DNA from: a virus
Length of the DNA stretch: 64,000 nt
Virus record (IMG/VR): IMGVR_UViG_3300032144_000003
Location: 1-64,000 of that record
Strand: one strand, 5' to 3'
Under the pieces are notes generated by a model, which saw only the letters and a list, made by a program, of their open reading frames with translations, did not search any database and was not told the DNA's origin. Below, piece after piece: positions 19,366 to 27,487 of this stretch. Every line of letters begins with the position of its first letter. Position 1 is the first letter of the stretch. A program made the translations under genes and the position numbers.

Positions 19366-19422
19366 CCCCCGCCGCCTCCGGGATTTGCACCCCGGCTTGA
19401 ACGGGCGGCGGGGGTATCTTTC
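19366..19422 (+). terminator. strong stem-loop terminator closing the structural/moron transcription unit
   Basis: Perfect 11-bp GC stem CCCCCGCCGCC (19366-76) / GGCGGCGGGGG (19404-14), with a nested CCGGG/CCCGG hairpin, followed by TATCTTTC. Confidence 0.6.
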
Positions 19423-19534
19423 ACGCCCTGTGTAGCCTGCGTCCCGACCTGATGCCAACGGCGTAGCCCGCTGAAAACTGATCTGGCCCATCCCCTGCAA
19501 CGGCTCTGGCCGTCCAATCTCGAAAGGTTCTGCA

Positions 19535-20410
19535 ATGGTTCACACGCTCGAAAACAACCTGGTTCCCTATTCGACGGCCACGCAGCTTGCGGAAACCTAC
19601 GCCGAAACAACGGCCGCCATTCGGCAGGCGCTCGAAACCGTCCGCGACAACTGCGAGCAGCTGTCCCAGGCGTTCGCGTTCGAAGCGACAGAACACGACA
19701 CGACTCGCGCCAACTTTCGCCTGGAGGTCAAATACGGCTACCAGCAATCCCATTCACTGGGGGAGCTGGAGCGCGTGCTCAAGGAATTCAAGCGGGAAGC
19801 CTGGTCGCTGTTATTCGCCAAACTGGAATTGGGCAAGTTGCTCAGCACGAAACGGCGAGAGGAGTTGAACGAGGTCTTTTACTATGGCCGCCCGCGCTAC
19901 AATTCCGGACCCGATCCCATCGACACGCTGCCCGAGATCAACGGCGACAATATCGTTTCCGTCCTGCAGGGGATGCTGTCGAGCGCCGGCGACTTCCTGA
20001 CTGAAAAGATTCGGGAGGAATTCGACTACTTCCGGCCCGGCCTGTATTCGCGCAGCAAGTACAAGACGAATCAGAACGAATCGGCTGCCGTGGGCCGGAA
20101 GGTGATCAAAGGCTATGCCGTTCAATCCGGATACGGAACGCCGTTCAGATTTCACTACAAGGCCGAGCCGCATTTCCAGGCGCTCGACTCGATTTTCCAT
20201 GCCCTGGACGGCAAAGGACCATTGCCGGGAACATTCGGCCCGCTGGTGGACAGCGTGAAGACCATCCAGGAAGGCGAGGTGGGAGAAACCGATTATTTCC
20301 GCCTCCGCTGTTTCCGCAACGGCAACATTCATCTGGAATTCAAGCGGCTGGACTTGCTGGCCGAATTCAACCGCCTCGCCGGTGGCGCAGCGCTGGCCGC
20401 CCCGCTGTGA
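19535..20410 (+). CDS. DUF4942-like protein
   Basis: 291 aa. The C-terminus DYFRLRCFRNGNIHLEFKRLDLLAEFN resembles the DUF4942 signature. Recalled from memory, not searched. Confidence 0.4.
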   Translation: MVHTLENNLVPYSTATQLAETYAETTAAIRQALETVRDNCEQLSQAFAFEATEHDTTRANFRLEVKYGYQQSHSLGELERVLKEFKREAWSLLFAKLELGKLLSTKRREELNEVFYYGRPRYNSGPDPIDTLPEINGDNIVSVLQGMLSSAGDFLTEKIREEFDYFRPGLYSRSKYKTNQNESAAVGRKVIKGYAVQSGYGTPFRFHYKAEPHFQALDSIFHALDGKGPLPGTFGPLVDSVKTIQEGEVGETDYFRLRCFRNGNIHLEFKRLDLLAEFNRLAGGAALAAPL

Positions 20411-20470
20411 TGCTCCCGACAACGTCCCCTGAAACGCTCCTGAGCGTTCAATCTCCAAAGGAATCCCCTC

Positions 20471-21091
20471 ATGCCCACAACCCATCCCCAGCGGCCTGCC
20501 GCTCCCCTGTCTGATCTATCCGACGCCGCACTGATGCGTGGCGTGAAATCTGGCCTGCCCGGTGCGGACGCCGAACTGGCCAGCCGTTATCGATCCACGC
20601 TGGTCGGTCTGTTCGCATACTTTCTGCGCCGCTCCCGACTGCCAATGGATGACGCCGAAGACCTGGCGCATGAGGCGCTGCTGCGCGTCTTCACCCGCTG
20701 TCACCAGTTCGAAGGCGAGCGGTTCACGGCCTGGCTCAACGCGCTGGCCCGCAATCTGTTCGTGTCGTCCCTGCGGCGACGCCAGACCGACCCGCTGTAC
20801 GGAACGGTGCCGCTGGAGCACGCCGGAGACTGCCTGCGAGCGCGGGGGCAGCAGGCGACGGCTGACACGGACCCGGCAACACGGGAACTGCATTGCGACT
20901 TGCGGGCGGCGCTCGACAGCCTGCCGGAGCAGCAGCAACGCATCGTCCGCCTGCACGGCACGGGCTTGAGCCTGCGAGTGATTGCGGCAATGATCGGCCT
21001 GCCCGCCGGAACGGTCAAAGGCCGACTGCGGGCCGCCCATCAGCGACTGGGGCGACAACTCCGATACCGGGGATGGAATCCCACAACCTGA
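20471..21091 (+). CDS. ECF-type sigma-70 family sigma factor
   Basis: Region 2 (DAEDLAHEALLRVFTRCHQFEGERFTAWLNALARN) and region 4 HTH (QQQRIVRLHGTGLSLRVIAAMIGLPAGTVKGRLRAAHQRL). Confidence 0.85.
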   Translation: MPTTHPQRPAAPLSDLSDAALMRGVKSGLPGADAELASRYRSTLVGLFAYFLRRSRLPMDDAEDLAHEALLRVFTRCHQFEGERFTAWLNALARNLFVSSLRRRQTDPLYGTVPLEHAGDCLRARGQQATADTDPATRELHCDLRAALDSLPEQQQRIVRLHGTGLSLRVIAAMIGLPAGTVKGRLRAAHQRLGRQLRYRGWNPTT

Positions 21092-21110
21092 TCTGCCATC
21101 AAGGCTCGCC

Positions 21111-21521
21111 ATGCAATACCACCTGTCCAACCGCCAGAGATCTGCGCTGTTCGTCCGCTGCGAGACGCTGCCGCTCGCTCTGTTGCCCCCGTTCCCCACG
21201 CCGGTCGATCCGTTGACGTTCGCCCGGTCCGTGCTGCCGGTGGATGTGGCCGAGCGGGTCGCGAGTGCAGTCGAGACGACGCTTGTCGTGTACGCCATGC
21301 GGCCCGGCTGCGGTCCGGGGGAAAAACAGACCCTGACGCATCACCTGGGGGTGATCGTGCCCGATGACTCGCCCGACCTGACCCGGCCTGACATGCCGAT
21401 TCAGCGCGTGCCGGTGATCCTGGCGCTGTGCGTTCCCACGGCCCCCGCCGGTAAGACGCTCCCCGTACAGTGGCCCGTGTCGCTGGTGATGGGGCAACGC
21501 CGGTTTCCGGGGGCGGACTGA
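21111..21521 (+). CDS. hypothetical protein downstream of the sigma factor (anti-sigma role not supported)
   Basis: 136-aa ORF with no HxxxCxxC or TM anti-sigma hallmark. Confidence 0.3.
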   Translation: MQYHLSNRQRSALFVRCETLPLALLPPFPTPVDPLTFARSVLPVDVAERVASAVETTLVVYAMRPGCGPGEKQTLTHHLGVIVPDDSPDLTRPDMPIQRVPVILALCVPTAPAGKTLPVQWPVSLVMGQRRFPGAD

Positions 21522-21554
21522 TACCCACTGGACCAGCCTGTTCCGCTGCCTGTC

Positions 21555-21584
21555 TTGACGGACATTCAGACCGAATCGTAGTAT
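21555..21584 (+). promoter_or_regulatory. candidate promoter of the lysis operon
   Basis: TTGACG (21555-60), an 18-nt spacer, then TAGTAT (21579-84). It overlaps a CGAATCGTAG half-palindrome. Confidence 0.35.
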
Positions 21585-21620
21585 TCTGGCGTCGATCAAT
21601 CAGAATCGTGCGATCTTCTG

Positions 21621-21971
21621 ATGGAGTGGGGACCGGTGCTGACTCCGACTGCTTGGCTGTTTCTGCTCGCGCTGGCGGCTCTGGCCGTGCTGGCTGTCCG
21701 TGACTCCCGCACCGATCCTGTCAGCCGATATCGCCGATACGAATCGGAATCATCGTGTGGCTGTTCCGCCTGCCAGCCGGGCGACATACATCTGCATGCC
21801 GATATCCGCTCGATTCACCTGTGGCCCGAATCAGAAGCGGCGCTGCACGCCCCGACGGAGTCCTGTCACTGCGTCCCGGAAGTGGTGACGGAAGACGCCG
21901 AAACCGGCAGGCCGTTGTCGTACAAGGTCGTCCAGCATCGGGCGCTGCAGCTTTCGCGGGAGATCGTCTGA
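21621..21971 (+). CDS. membrane-anchored hypothetical protein
   Basis: N-terminal TM AWLFLLALAALAVLAV. 116 aa. Confidence 0.4.
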   Translation: MEWGPVLTPTAWLFLLALAALAVLAVRDSRTDPVSRYRRYESESSCGCSACQPGDIHLHADIRSIHLWPESEAALHAPTESCHCVPEVVTEDAETGRPLSYKVVQHRALQLSREIV

Positions 21972-22246
21972 TGAACAACAGCAAGCGGTTCACGCTGAAC
22001 GGGACGGACCTGCACAAGATTGCCGTCGGGGCGCTGATGGCGGCGCTGGGGGCACTGCTGACGTACCTCAACGCGTGGGTGATGGGGACGGACTTCACGT
22101 TCGACGTCGGCGGGACGGAACTCAACATGACGCCGGTCGTCGTCAGTGTGTGGGCGATCGTGGCCAACGCCATTCGCAAGCTGATTGCCGATCACTCCGG
22201 GGGTGAACCGGACCCGCCGCAACCGCCAAGTGAACCACGTGCATGA
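21971..22246 (+). CDS. holin-like two-TM protein
   Basis: 91 aa with two hydrophobic helices (IAVGALMAALGALLTYL; VVVSVWAIVANAI) and a charged C-terminal tail. It lies upstream of the putative endolysin. Confidence 0.4.
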   Translation: MNNSKRFTLNGTDLHKIAVGALMAALGALLTYLNAWVMGTDFTFDVGGTELNMTPVVVSVWAIVANAIRKLIADHSGGEPDPPQPPSEPRA

Positions 22247-22476
22247 CCGAGCAGACGACGGCGAAGCTGGATCGATACACCGCGCACCGGCTGACGTGGG
22301 AGTTCGGTGGGCTGCGGTATTCGGCATGGCGACCGACGCTGGATGAGGCGCTAGCGATGCAGCGGGAACTGTTGGAGGAATACGGCGTCGTCGCGGATGT
22401 GAATCAACTGCTTCTGCATCCGAGCACGACGATGCCTGGAGTCACGGTGAATGGCCACGCAAGTGGGACAGGGTGA
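22243..22476 (+). CDS. hypothetical protein
   Basis: 77 aa, ATGA-coupled. Confidence 0.3.
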   Translation: MTEQTTAKLDRYTAHRLTWEFGGLRYSAWRPTLDEALAMQRELLEEYGVVADVNQLLLHPSTTMPGVTVNGHASGTG

Positions 22477-22480
22477 ACGC

Positions 22481-23224
22481 ATGAAACCATTTCTCAAGTC
22501 GTGGCGGTGGCTATGCGTGCTGCCCGTGCTGTGCGGTCTGGCGTCGGTTGTCTCCGCTGCCGAGTCCCCGCCGCTGATTGTGACGCCCGCCGGTCACTGG
22601 CTGGTGATCGTGGGGGAAGATGGAATTCCGTGCCTGGAGAAGGTGGGGACGGTTTTGACGTTCACCGGTGCCAATGGAGGTCCGGGGGTAGGCTCTGATT
22701 CAGGTGGAGCAGGGAGTGCTCCAGTCGCACCGGTTCCGGAGCCTACCCCCGTTCCCCCCTCGGTGCCTGTTCCGCCTGCCGTGCCGGTCGTTCTCAATCA
22801 GCGGGTTGTGGACTGGTCGCGGGATGCTGCGGAGACGGTGGCCGGGTGGGACGATTGCCAGCGGATTGGGCTGGTGTATGACGCGATGGCGGATCACTTG
22901 CGGCGGGGGAATCTGACGCGGTCGAACGTGTGGAGTGCGGTCGTCAAGGGGACGGAGATCGTGACGGAAGCGAGCGGAACTCAGTCGGCGTGGAAGCCGT
23001 GGCGTCAGGAGATGGGTCGGCTGACAACGGAACTCAGCCAGGCCGGGAAGCTGGACGATGAGGATGAGATTTTCGTGTACCTCAAGAGCGTGACGGCAGG
23101 GCTACAACAGGCCGTGCCGCCAGAAGCCCCGAAGCTGGGACTGGGTGAGGGGGTCAAGGTGGTTGAGTTCAGCGGGCGGATTGTCGAGGCGTTGGTGACG
23201 GGGAGCAATGGAGGGGCGAACTGA
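22481..23224 (+). CDS. secreted protein with Pro-rich linker (lysis-cassette accessory?)
   Basis: Signal-like N-terminus MKPFLKSWRWLCVLPVLCGLASVVSAAE, and a linker PVAPVPEPTPVPPSVPVPPAVP. Confidence 0.4.
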   Translation: MKPFLKSWRWLCVLPVLCGLASVVSAAESPPLIVTPAGHWLVIVGEDGIPCLEKVGTVLTFTGANGGPGVGSDSGGAGSAPVAPVPEPTPVPPSVPVPPAVPVVLNQRVVDWSRDAAETVAGWDDCQRIGLVYDAMADHLRRGNLTRSNVWSAVVKGTEIVTEASGTQSAWKPWRQEMGRLTTELSQAGKLDDEDEIFVYLKSVTAGLQQAVPPEAPKLGLGEGVKVVEFSGRIVEALVTGSNGGAN

Positions 23225-24201
23225 TGCCAGCACTCACTGCACAGGACATCATCGGCGAACTGTTCCGGCTGGGACACTTTCGCAACCCGTCCACGCCAAC
23301 GGGCATCACGGAAGCGGACCTGCCCCGGCTGACACTGGCTGACGCGGAGGTGGTCACCGCCGTCAAGAGTTATCAAGACTTCAACCGCGTGGCGCTGACG
23401 CAGATTTACGCCCGCGAGAAGGGGCATGTGAATGTCGCGATTGATGGCGAAGTGGGGCCGCTCACTGCTCAGCTACTCGGCCTGGATCGCTGCGCGTGCC
23501 CGGACTTTCAGCCGCTTGAGGAAGTGGCGGAGGCGACGGGCAACGGGAGTTGGGTCCACTCGTGCGACGTGAAACGGCCCGGTGTGCATGTGATCCGGGT
23601 GTTCGTGGACAAGGACGGACTGGCCCGGCAGAACTCACCCCGCACCGTGCCGATGCCCGCGTTCCTGGAGCCGGTGTTCGAGTCGAAGGTCTGGCCGCTG
23701 GTGGTGGCGGCGTACCGGGACATTGGGGTCGATTTTGTCCGGGTGAACACTTATCAGGAATGCCAGATTGATCTGGGTTGGAAGATTCCGCAGCAGTACG
23801 CGGGAGGCGGAACAATCGGTCTGGCGGAACTGCCGGGATCGCCGCAGAGTTGTGCCAACCGTCGCTGGGGCCGGTTCAATGAACTCTACCAGCCTGGCGA
23901 CCTGATCAACATGCAGGCCCGGCTGATTGCGCACGAACTCGGCCACATCATGCGGCTGCAACACACGACCGGCGGGATCATGAATCCGAGCATCCTGTCG
24001 GGGCCATTCACGATGCAAGCATGGCGCGGCGATCCGAGCTTCGGCATTCTGGTCCGCTACTTTGGCGGCGAGTCAATCGTGGACCAGCCGGACGAACCGA
24101 ACCTGCCCGTGCCGCCGGTGATCAAGCCGTTCGACTACACGCGGGCCGTGATGGCGTACGACGGGCAACTGTTTGAACTCAAGCCGAAGGTGATGACATG
24201 A
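23224..24201 (+). CDS. peptidoglycan-binding domain + metzincin-type zinc peptidase (endolysin candidate)
   Basis: PG_binding_1-like segment VTAVKSYQDF...AIDGEVGPLTAQLL. Zinc site HELGHIMRLQH (HExxHxxxxxH). Confidence 0.6.
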   Translation: MPALTAQDIIGELFRLGHFRNPSTPTGITEADLPRLTLADAEVVTAVKSYQDFNRVALTQIYAREKGHVNVAIDGEVGPLTAQLLGLDRCACPDFQPLEEVAEATGNGSWVHSCDVKRPGVHVIRVFVDKDGLARQNSPRTVPMPAFLEPVFESKVWPLVVAAYRDIGVDFVRVNTYQECQIDLGWKIPQQYAGGGTIGLAELPGSPQSCANRRWGRFNELYQPGDLINMQARLIAHELGHIMRLQHTTGGIMNPSILSGPFTMQAWRGDPSFGILVRYFGGESIVDQPDEPNLPVPPVIKPFDYTRAVMAYDGQLFELKPKVMT

Positions 24202-25247
24202 AAGAACCCAAACTGTTCGACTGCGTGTTCTGGGCGATGGCCGCCCTGTTCATGGCGTTCGCGATTACCAGCCTGTGCAAGGCGCAGGAATTCAACGACG
24301 AGTCCTACGATGCCCGCCTTGAACGTGCCGTGCAAAACGCGCTGGGGGAACTGACGGGCCGCGTGGGAGTTGTCGAGACTCGTGTCGATTCATTGGAGCA
24401 GCGCGTGGCGGGGCTGGAGCAGAACACCCCAACCCCACTCGGTCCGGGGCAGACTGCACCGACAAGCCCAGTCCCCGCCACGTCGCATTCCGCCGCCAGT
24501 GTCAAGATCAACGAGGCCGACCTGCCGTGGCAAGCTAAGCCGACGCCCCGTGCGGAAGTGATCCGGATTCTGGGGACGCTCAAGCCGCGTGCCGACGAGA
24601 CGCTCGTGGATTTCGGCTGTGGGTTCGACGCCCGGTATCTGATTGAAGCGGTGAAGCGTTACGGCTGCCGTGGGATCGGCGTGGAGATTGATCATGCCCG
24701 TGCGGCATCGGCCCGGCAGTACGTCGCGGAAGCGGGGCTGTCGGATCAAATCGAGATCGTCGAGGGAGATGCCCGGACGGTGGAGGTCAATGCCGATGTG
24801 GGCGTGGTCTATCTTGAGCCAGGGATGCTGGATGAACTCAAGCCGCAACTGGTCAAGCTGAACCGGTTCGTCAGTTACCAGCATGCCATTCCCGGTCTGG
24901 CGATGACGAAGGGGCAGGATGCGTATTACTGGCAGCAATCGCAAGCGATGACCGTGGCCAGCGTCACTGTCTCATCCGGCAAGCGGGCGGTCTGGGACGG
25001 GCAGTTCTACTCCGGGCCGCTGTGCACGAGTCCCAACTGCGCAATGTGCAACTCCATCCGCTCGCAACTGGCGCGGAGCGTGGTCACGACTCAGGTGCAA
25101 CAGGTCCGTCAGGTCCAACCTGCCAAGCCGCAGCCCGTCGTGACCTACCAGCGGACCTACACAGCGAACTGCGTCGGCTGCCGGAACTGTGTCAACGGCA
25201 ACTGCCAACGCCCCGTGCGGCGGTTCTTTCGCAACGTGTTCAACTGA
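24198..25247 (+). CDS. membrane-anchored coiled-coil protein with SAM-methyltransferase-like domain and Cys-rich tail
   Basis: TM FWAMAALFMAFAITSL. Motif I-like LVDFGCGFDARYL...GIGVEID...EIVEGDA. C-terminal CxxC clusters. Confidence 0.45.
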   Translation: MKEPKLFDCVFWAMAALFMAFAITSLCKAQEFNDESYDARLERAVQNALGELTGRVGVVETRVDSLEQRVAGLEQNTPTPLGPGQTAPTSPVPATSHSAASVKINEADLPWQAKPTPRAEVIRILGTLKPRADETLVDFGCGFDARYLIEAVKRYGCRGIGVEIDHARAASARQYVAEAGLSDQIEIVEGDARTVEVNADVGVVYLEPGMLDELKPQLVKLNRFVSYQHAIPGLAMTKGQDAYYWQQSQAMTVASVTVSSGKRAVWDGQFYSGPLCTSPNCAMCNSIRSQLARSVVTTQVQQVRQVQPAKPQPVVTYQRTYTANCVGCRNCVNGNCQRPVRRFFRNVFN

Positions 25248-25375
25248 ATCACAGGTGCCTTATCGATACTTCTGATAGAAAACCAAACGTACACTTGCTT
25301 GTTTTTGCGGTGACGCTCGCTGGTGGCCCAGCACTGGGAGCGCTCGCTGGGTGGTGTACGCATTCACCGTGGGCA

Positions 25376-25600
25376 ATGTGTGTTCCATTGGCATTTATCG
25401 GTGCAGTGTTTTGTCGGTTCCAGATGGCCAATCGCGCGACACGTCACTTGCTGCTTGCGGCGACAAAGCTAGGGCGAGGGCAGTACGAGCGACTGCCCAG
25501 TTACAACGACACTCTCTGGTGCCTGTTTTGCGGCGAGTCTCAAGATCATTTACTGCTCCGCTGCGGACTCTCGCCGCAAGGAAAAAAACCGCATGTATGA
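25376..25600 (+). CDS. possible small protein upstream of the Clp_N gene
   Basis: ATG 25376 (or TTG 25295). The stop overlaps ATG 25593. Support is weak. Confidence 0.2.
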   Translation: MCVPLAFIGAVFCRFQMANRATRHLLLAATKLGRGQYERLPSYNDTLWCLFCGESQDHLLLRCGLSPQGKKPHV

Positions 25601-26552
25601 ACGCTTCACAGGCCGACTCCGCACGGTCATGCAACTGGCCAATCAGGAGGCCCAGCGGTTCCATCACGAATACATCGGCACCGAGCACATCCTGTTAGGG
25701 CTGGTCAAGGAGGGCACGGGCGCCGCGGGACTAATCTTCGCGTCGCGAAACATCGACCTTCAGGACGTGCGCCGTGAAGTCGAGAAGCTCATTCAGGCTG
25801 GCCCTGACCTGAACTTCGCTGGCAAGTTGCCGCAAACGCCGCGAGCCAAGAATGTGATCACCTTTGCGGCGGAAGAAGCCCGCAACCTTAACCACAACTA
25901 CATCGACACGGCTCACCTGCTGCTGGGCCTACTCCGGGAACAGGATGGCATTGGCGGTCACGTGCTGTCCAAGCTCGGTCTGGAATACGGCGAAGTCAAG
26001 GAAATCATTTGTGGCATCATTCACTCGTCAACCACACCATCCATCCAACCAAGGAACCCCATGAACCCCTTCGACCGCTTCGTTTCCGACGTGACCCTGA
26101 CCGCCAACCCCAACGCCTCATCGGCCATCATCTGGGGGCCGCTGCTGACGGACTTCCTGTCCCGGCTGATGGACTGCCTGTTCAGCCGCTTTGGCGGGGG
26201 TGGCACGGCCAATCCCAATGCCCCCGCGATCGATGACGAATGGCCGGAACCACTAGAGGTCGCTGCTGCCGACGATTGGATCAGCAAGGCGGAAGCGCTC
26301 CAGACCCGGCTGCGAAGAATGGAGTCGAACCGCCGCGTGCATTCGGACCAGTGGGGCGGATACAAGCCCGCCGGAGTGCGCCGGGGGATGGCGACGCTGC
26401 GGAGAACGGTGCGAGACAATGGCCAGCGGGCATCAGAGCAGGAAATCCGGCAGCACGTCATCGCTACCTACGACAACGCCAGCGGCATGCGGGTCGAGGA
26501 ACTGGCGGAAGTCCTCAAGAGTGAGAGCGAACGACACGCCGCGACCGCCTGA
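25593..26552 (+). CDS. Clp_N (ClpA/ClpC N-terminal repeat) domain protein lacking AAA+ modules
   Basis: MYERFTGRLRTVMQLANQEAQRFHHEYIGTEHILLGLVKEG plus a second repeat TPRAKNVITFAAEEARNLNHNYIDTAHLLLGLLREQDG. No Walker motifs in the remaining ~170 aa. Confidence 0.75.
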   Translation: MYERFTGRLRTVMQLANQEAQRFHHEYIGTEHILLGLVKEGTGAAGLIFASRNIDLQDVRREVEKLIQAGPDLNFAGKLPQTPRAKNVITFAAEEARNLNHNYIDTAHLLLGLLREQDGIGGHVLSKLGLEYGEVKEIICGIIHSSTTPSIQPRNPMNPFDRFVSDVTLTANPNASSAIIWGPLLTDFLSRLMDCLFSRFGGGGTANPNAPAIDDEWPEPLEVAAADDWISKAEALQTRLRRMESNRRVHSDQWGGYKPAGVRRGMATLRRTVRDNGQRASEQEIRQHVIATYDNASGMRVEELAEVLKSESERHAATA

Positions 26553-26581
26553 CGGTCCATCCAATCCCAGCGAGGCCAGTC

Positions 26582-26854
26582 ATGCTGCACGCCCATCATC
26601 CGATCTGGAAAACGATCAACGTCGCGGTGATTACGCTCTGCGCCGGGTTCGTCTTGTGGCTCAATGCGTCCCACTTCGACGAGACGGAATGGAAGGCCCT
26701 GGGTCAACTGGCTATCGCCCTGGGGGGCTGGCAGGGGATTCAGCACGTATTGGATGGACGGAAAGCGAAACGCGACAGGGAAGGAACTGGTTCAACTGGC
26801 CCATGCGCACCCGGCGCAGGCGACTCCACCGTTCACCGAACGGGCGGCGGATAG
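26582..26854 (+). CDS. small membrane protein
   Basis: 90 aa with TM VAVITLCAGFVLWL. Confidence 0.3.
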   Translation: MLHAHHPIWKTINVAVITLCAGFVLWLNASHFDETEWKALGQLAIALGGWQGIQHVLDGRKAKRDREGTGSTGPCAPGAGDSTVHRTGGG

Positions 26855-26983
26855 CCAACACGGGGCGGCGGCTGTCGTCCGCTCGACTTGCCTGACTTGC
26901 GAATTGGTCAGGACGATACCCCCACTTCGGCGACTCTTCCCGGCAGAGTGCAACGACAGCAGCTGGGTGTTTTTTCCTAGGGA

Positions 26984-27211
26984 TCAGCGTCTGACAACGT
27001 CTTTCGCACGCGGCGTGATATTTCTGCGGAGCCAGTCGATTCCCTGCTGAGTGAGCAGGTAGAAGCCGCGAGAAGTTCCGGGAAACTCGTGATACTCCGC
27101 TGGGCATTTCTTCGTCTGGCAGCAACGCGCAACAATGGCGCGGGACAAGCCAAGCTGCAAAGCAACTTCCCGGACGGTGTAGGTCTTCGGCGGAATCGTG
27201 GACACTCTCAT
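26984..27211 (-). CDS. excisionase/AlpA-like HTH DNA-binding protein
   Basis: MRVSTIPPKTYTVREVALQLGLSRAIVARC... It is divergent from and adjacent to the integrase. The track ORF extends to 27259. Confidence 0.5.
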   Translation of the reverse strand: MRVSTIPPKTYTVREVALQLGLSRAIVARCCQTKKCPAEYHEFPGTSRGFYLLTQQGIDWLRRNITPRAKDVVRR

Positions 27212-27487
27212 GTCTCCAGTTATAGCGAGGTGGTGAGATTTTTCAAGATTTTCTCTCAACTTGAGTTGACAGTCCGTAGCGACACGTCTACAACGGTCGC
27301 CAGTGGAGTCGTGAGTCGAAGCTCACAACCGTGCATTGCCCGACTAGGATTTGAATCCACGCGAGCAACGCACGGTCGAAACGGATAGGGGCGTTTACAA
27401 CGCCTCGTTGCAAACTGTCATCGTGAAAAACATGACAGCAAGCGCCGAAGGGACCGGGGATGTCTGGGTCGTGCCATAACATGAACT
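27212..27487. other. xis-int intergenic region, candidate attP/regulatory region
   Basis: Non-coding, with hairpins GTGAG-TCGAAG-CTCAC, GGCGTT-TAC-AACGCC and CTGTCAT-N10-ATGACAG. The core site cannot be defined without the host junction. Confidence 0.25.

Noticed and set aside
25376-25600. A ClpX-type zinc-binding motif (CLFCGESQ...) in the small ORF upstream of the Clp_N gene.
   Set aside because: Only one CxxC pair plus a single extra Cys is present, whereas the ClpX ZBD needs CxxC-N18/19-CxxC. The resemblance is too weak to call.
26419-27125. Overlapping track ORFs 26419-26895, 26664-27050 and 26712-27125(-) around the convergent region downstream of the Clp_N gene.
   Set aside because: Their composition is biased and not protein-like, and they are mutually overlapping. 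Only the 26582-26854 membrane ORF and the 26984-27211 HTH gene have any support.
27300-27385. A tRNA-like T-loop sequence (GGATTTGAATCC) in the xis-int intergenic region, considered as a possible tRNA gene or a tRNA 3' fragment marking attP.
   Set aside because: The 5-nt flanks do not pair as a T-stem in either orientation. No acceptor, D or anticodon arms can be drawn. It is kept only as part of a low-confidence attP/regulatory region.
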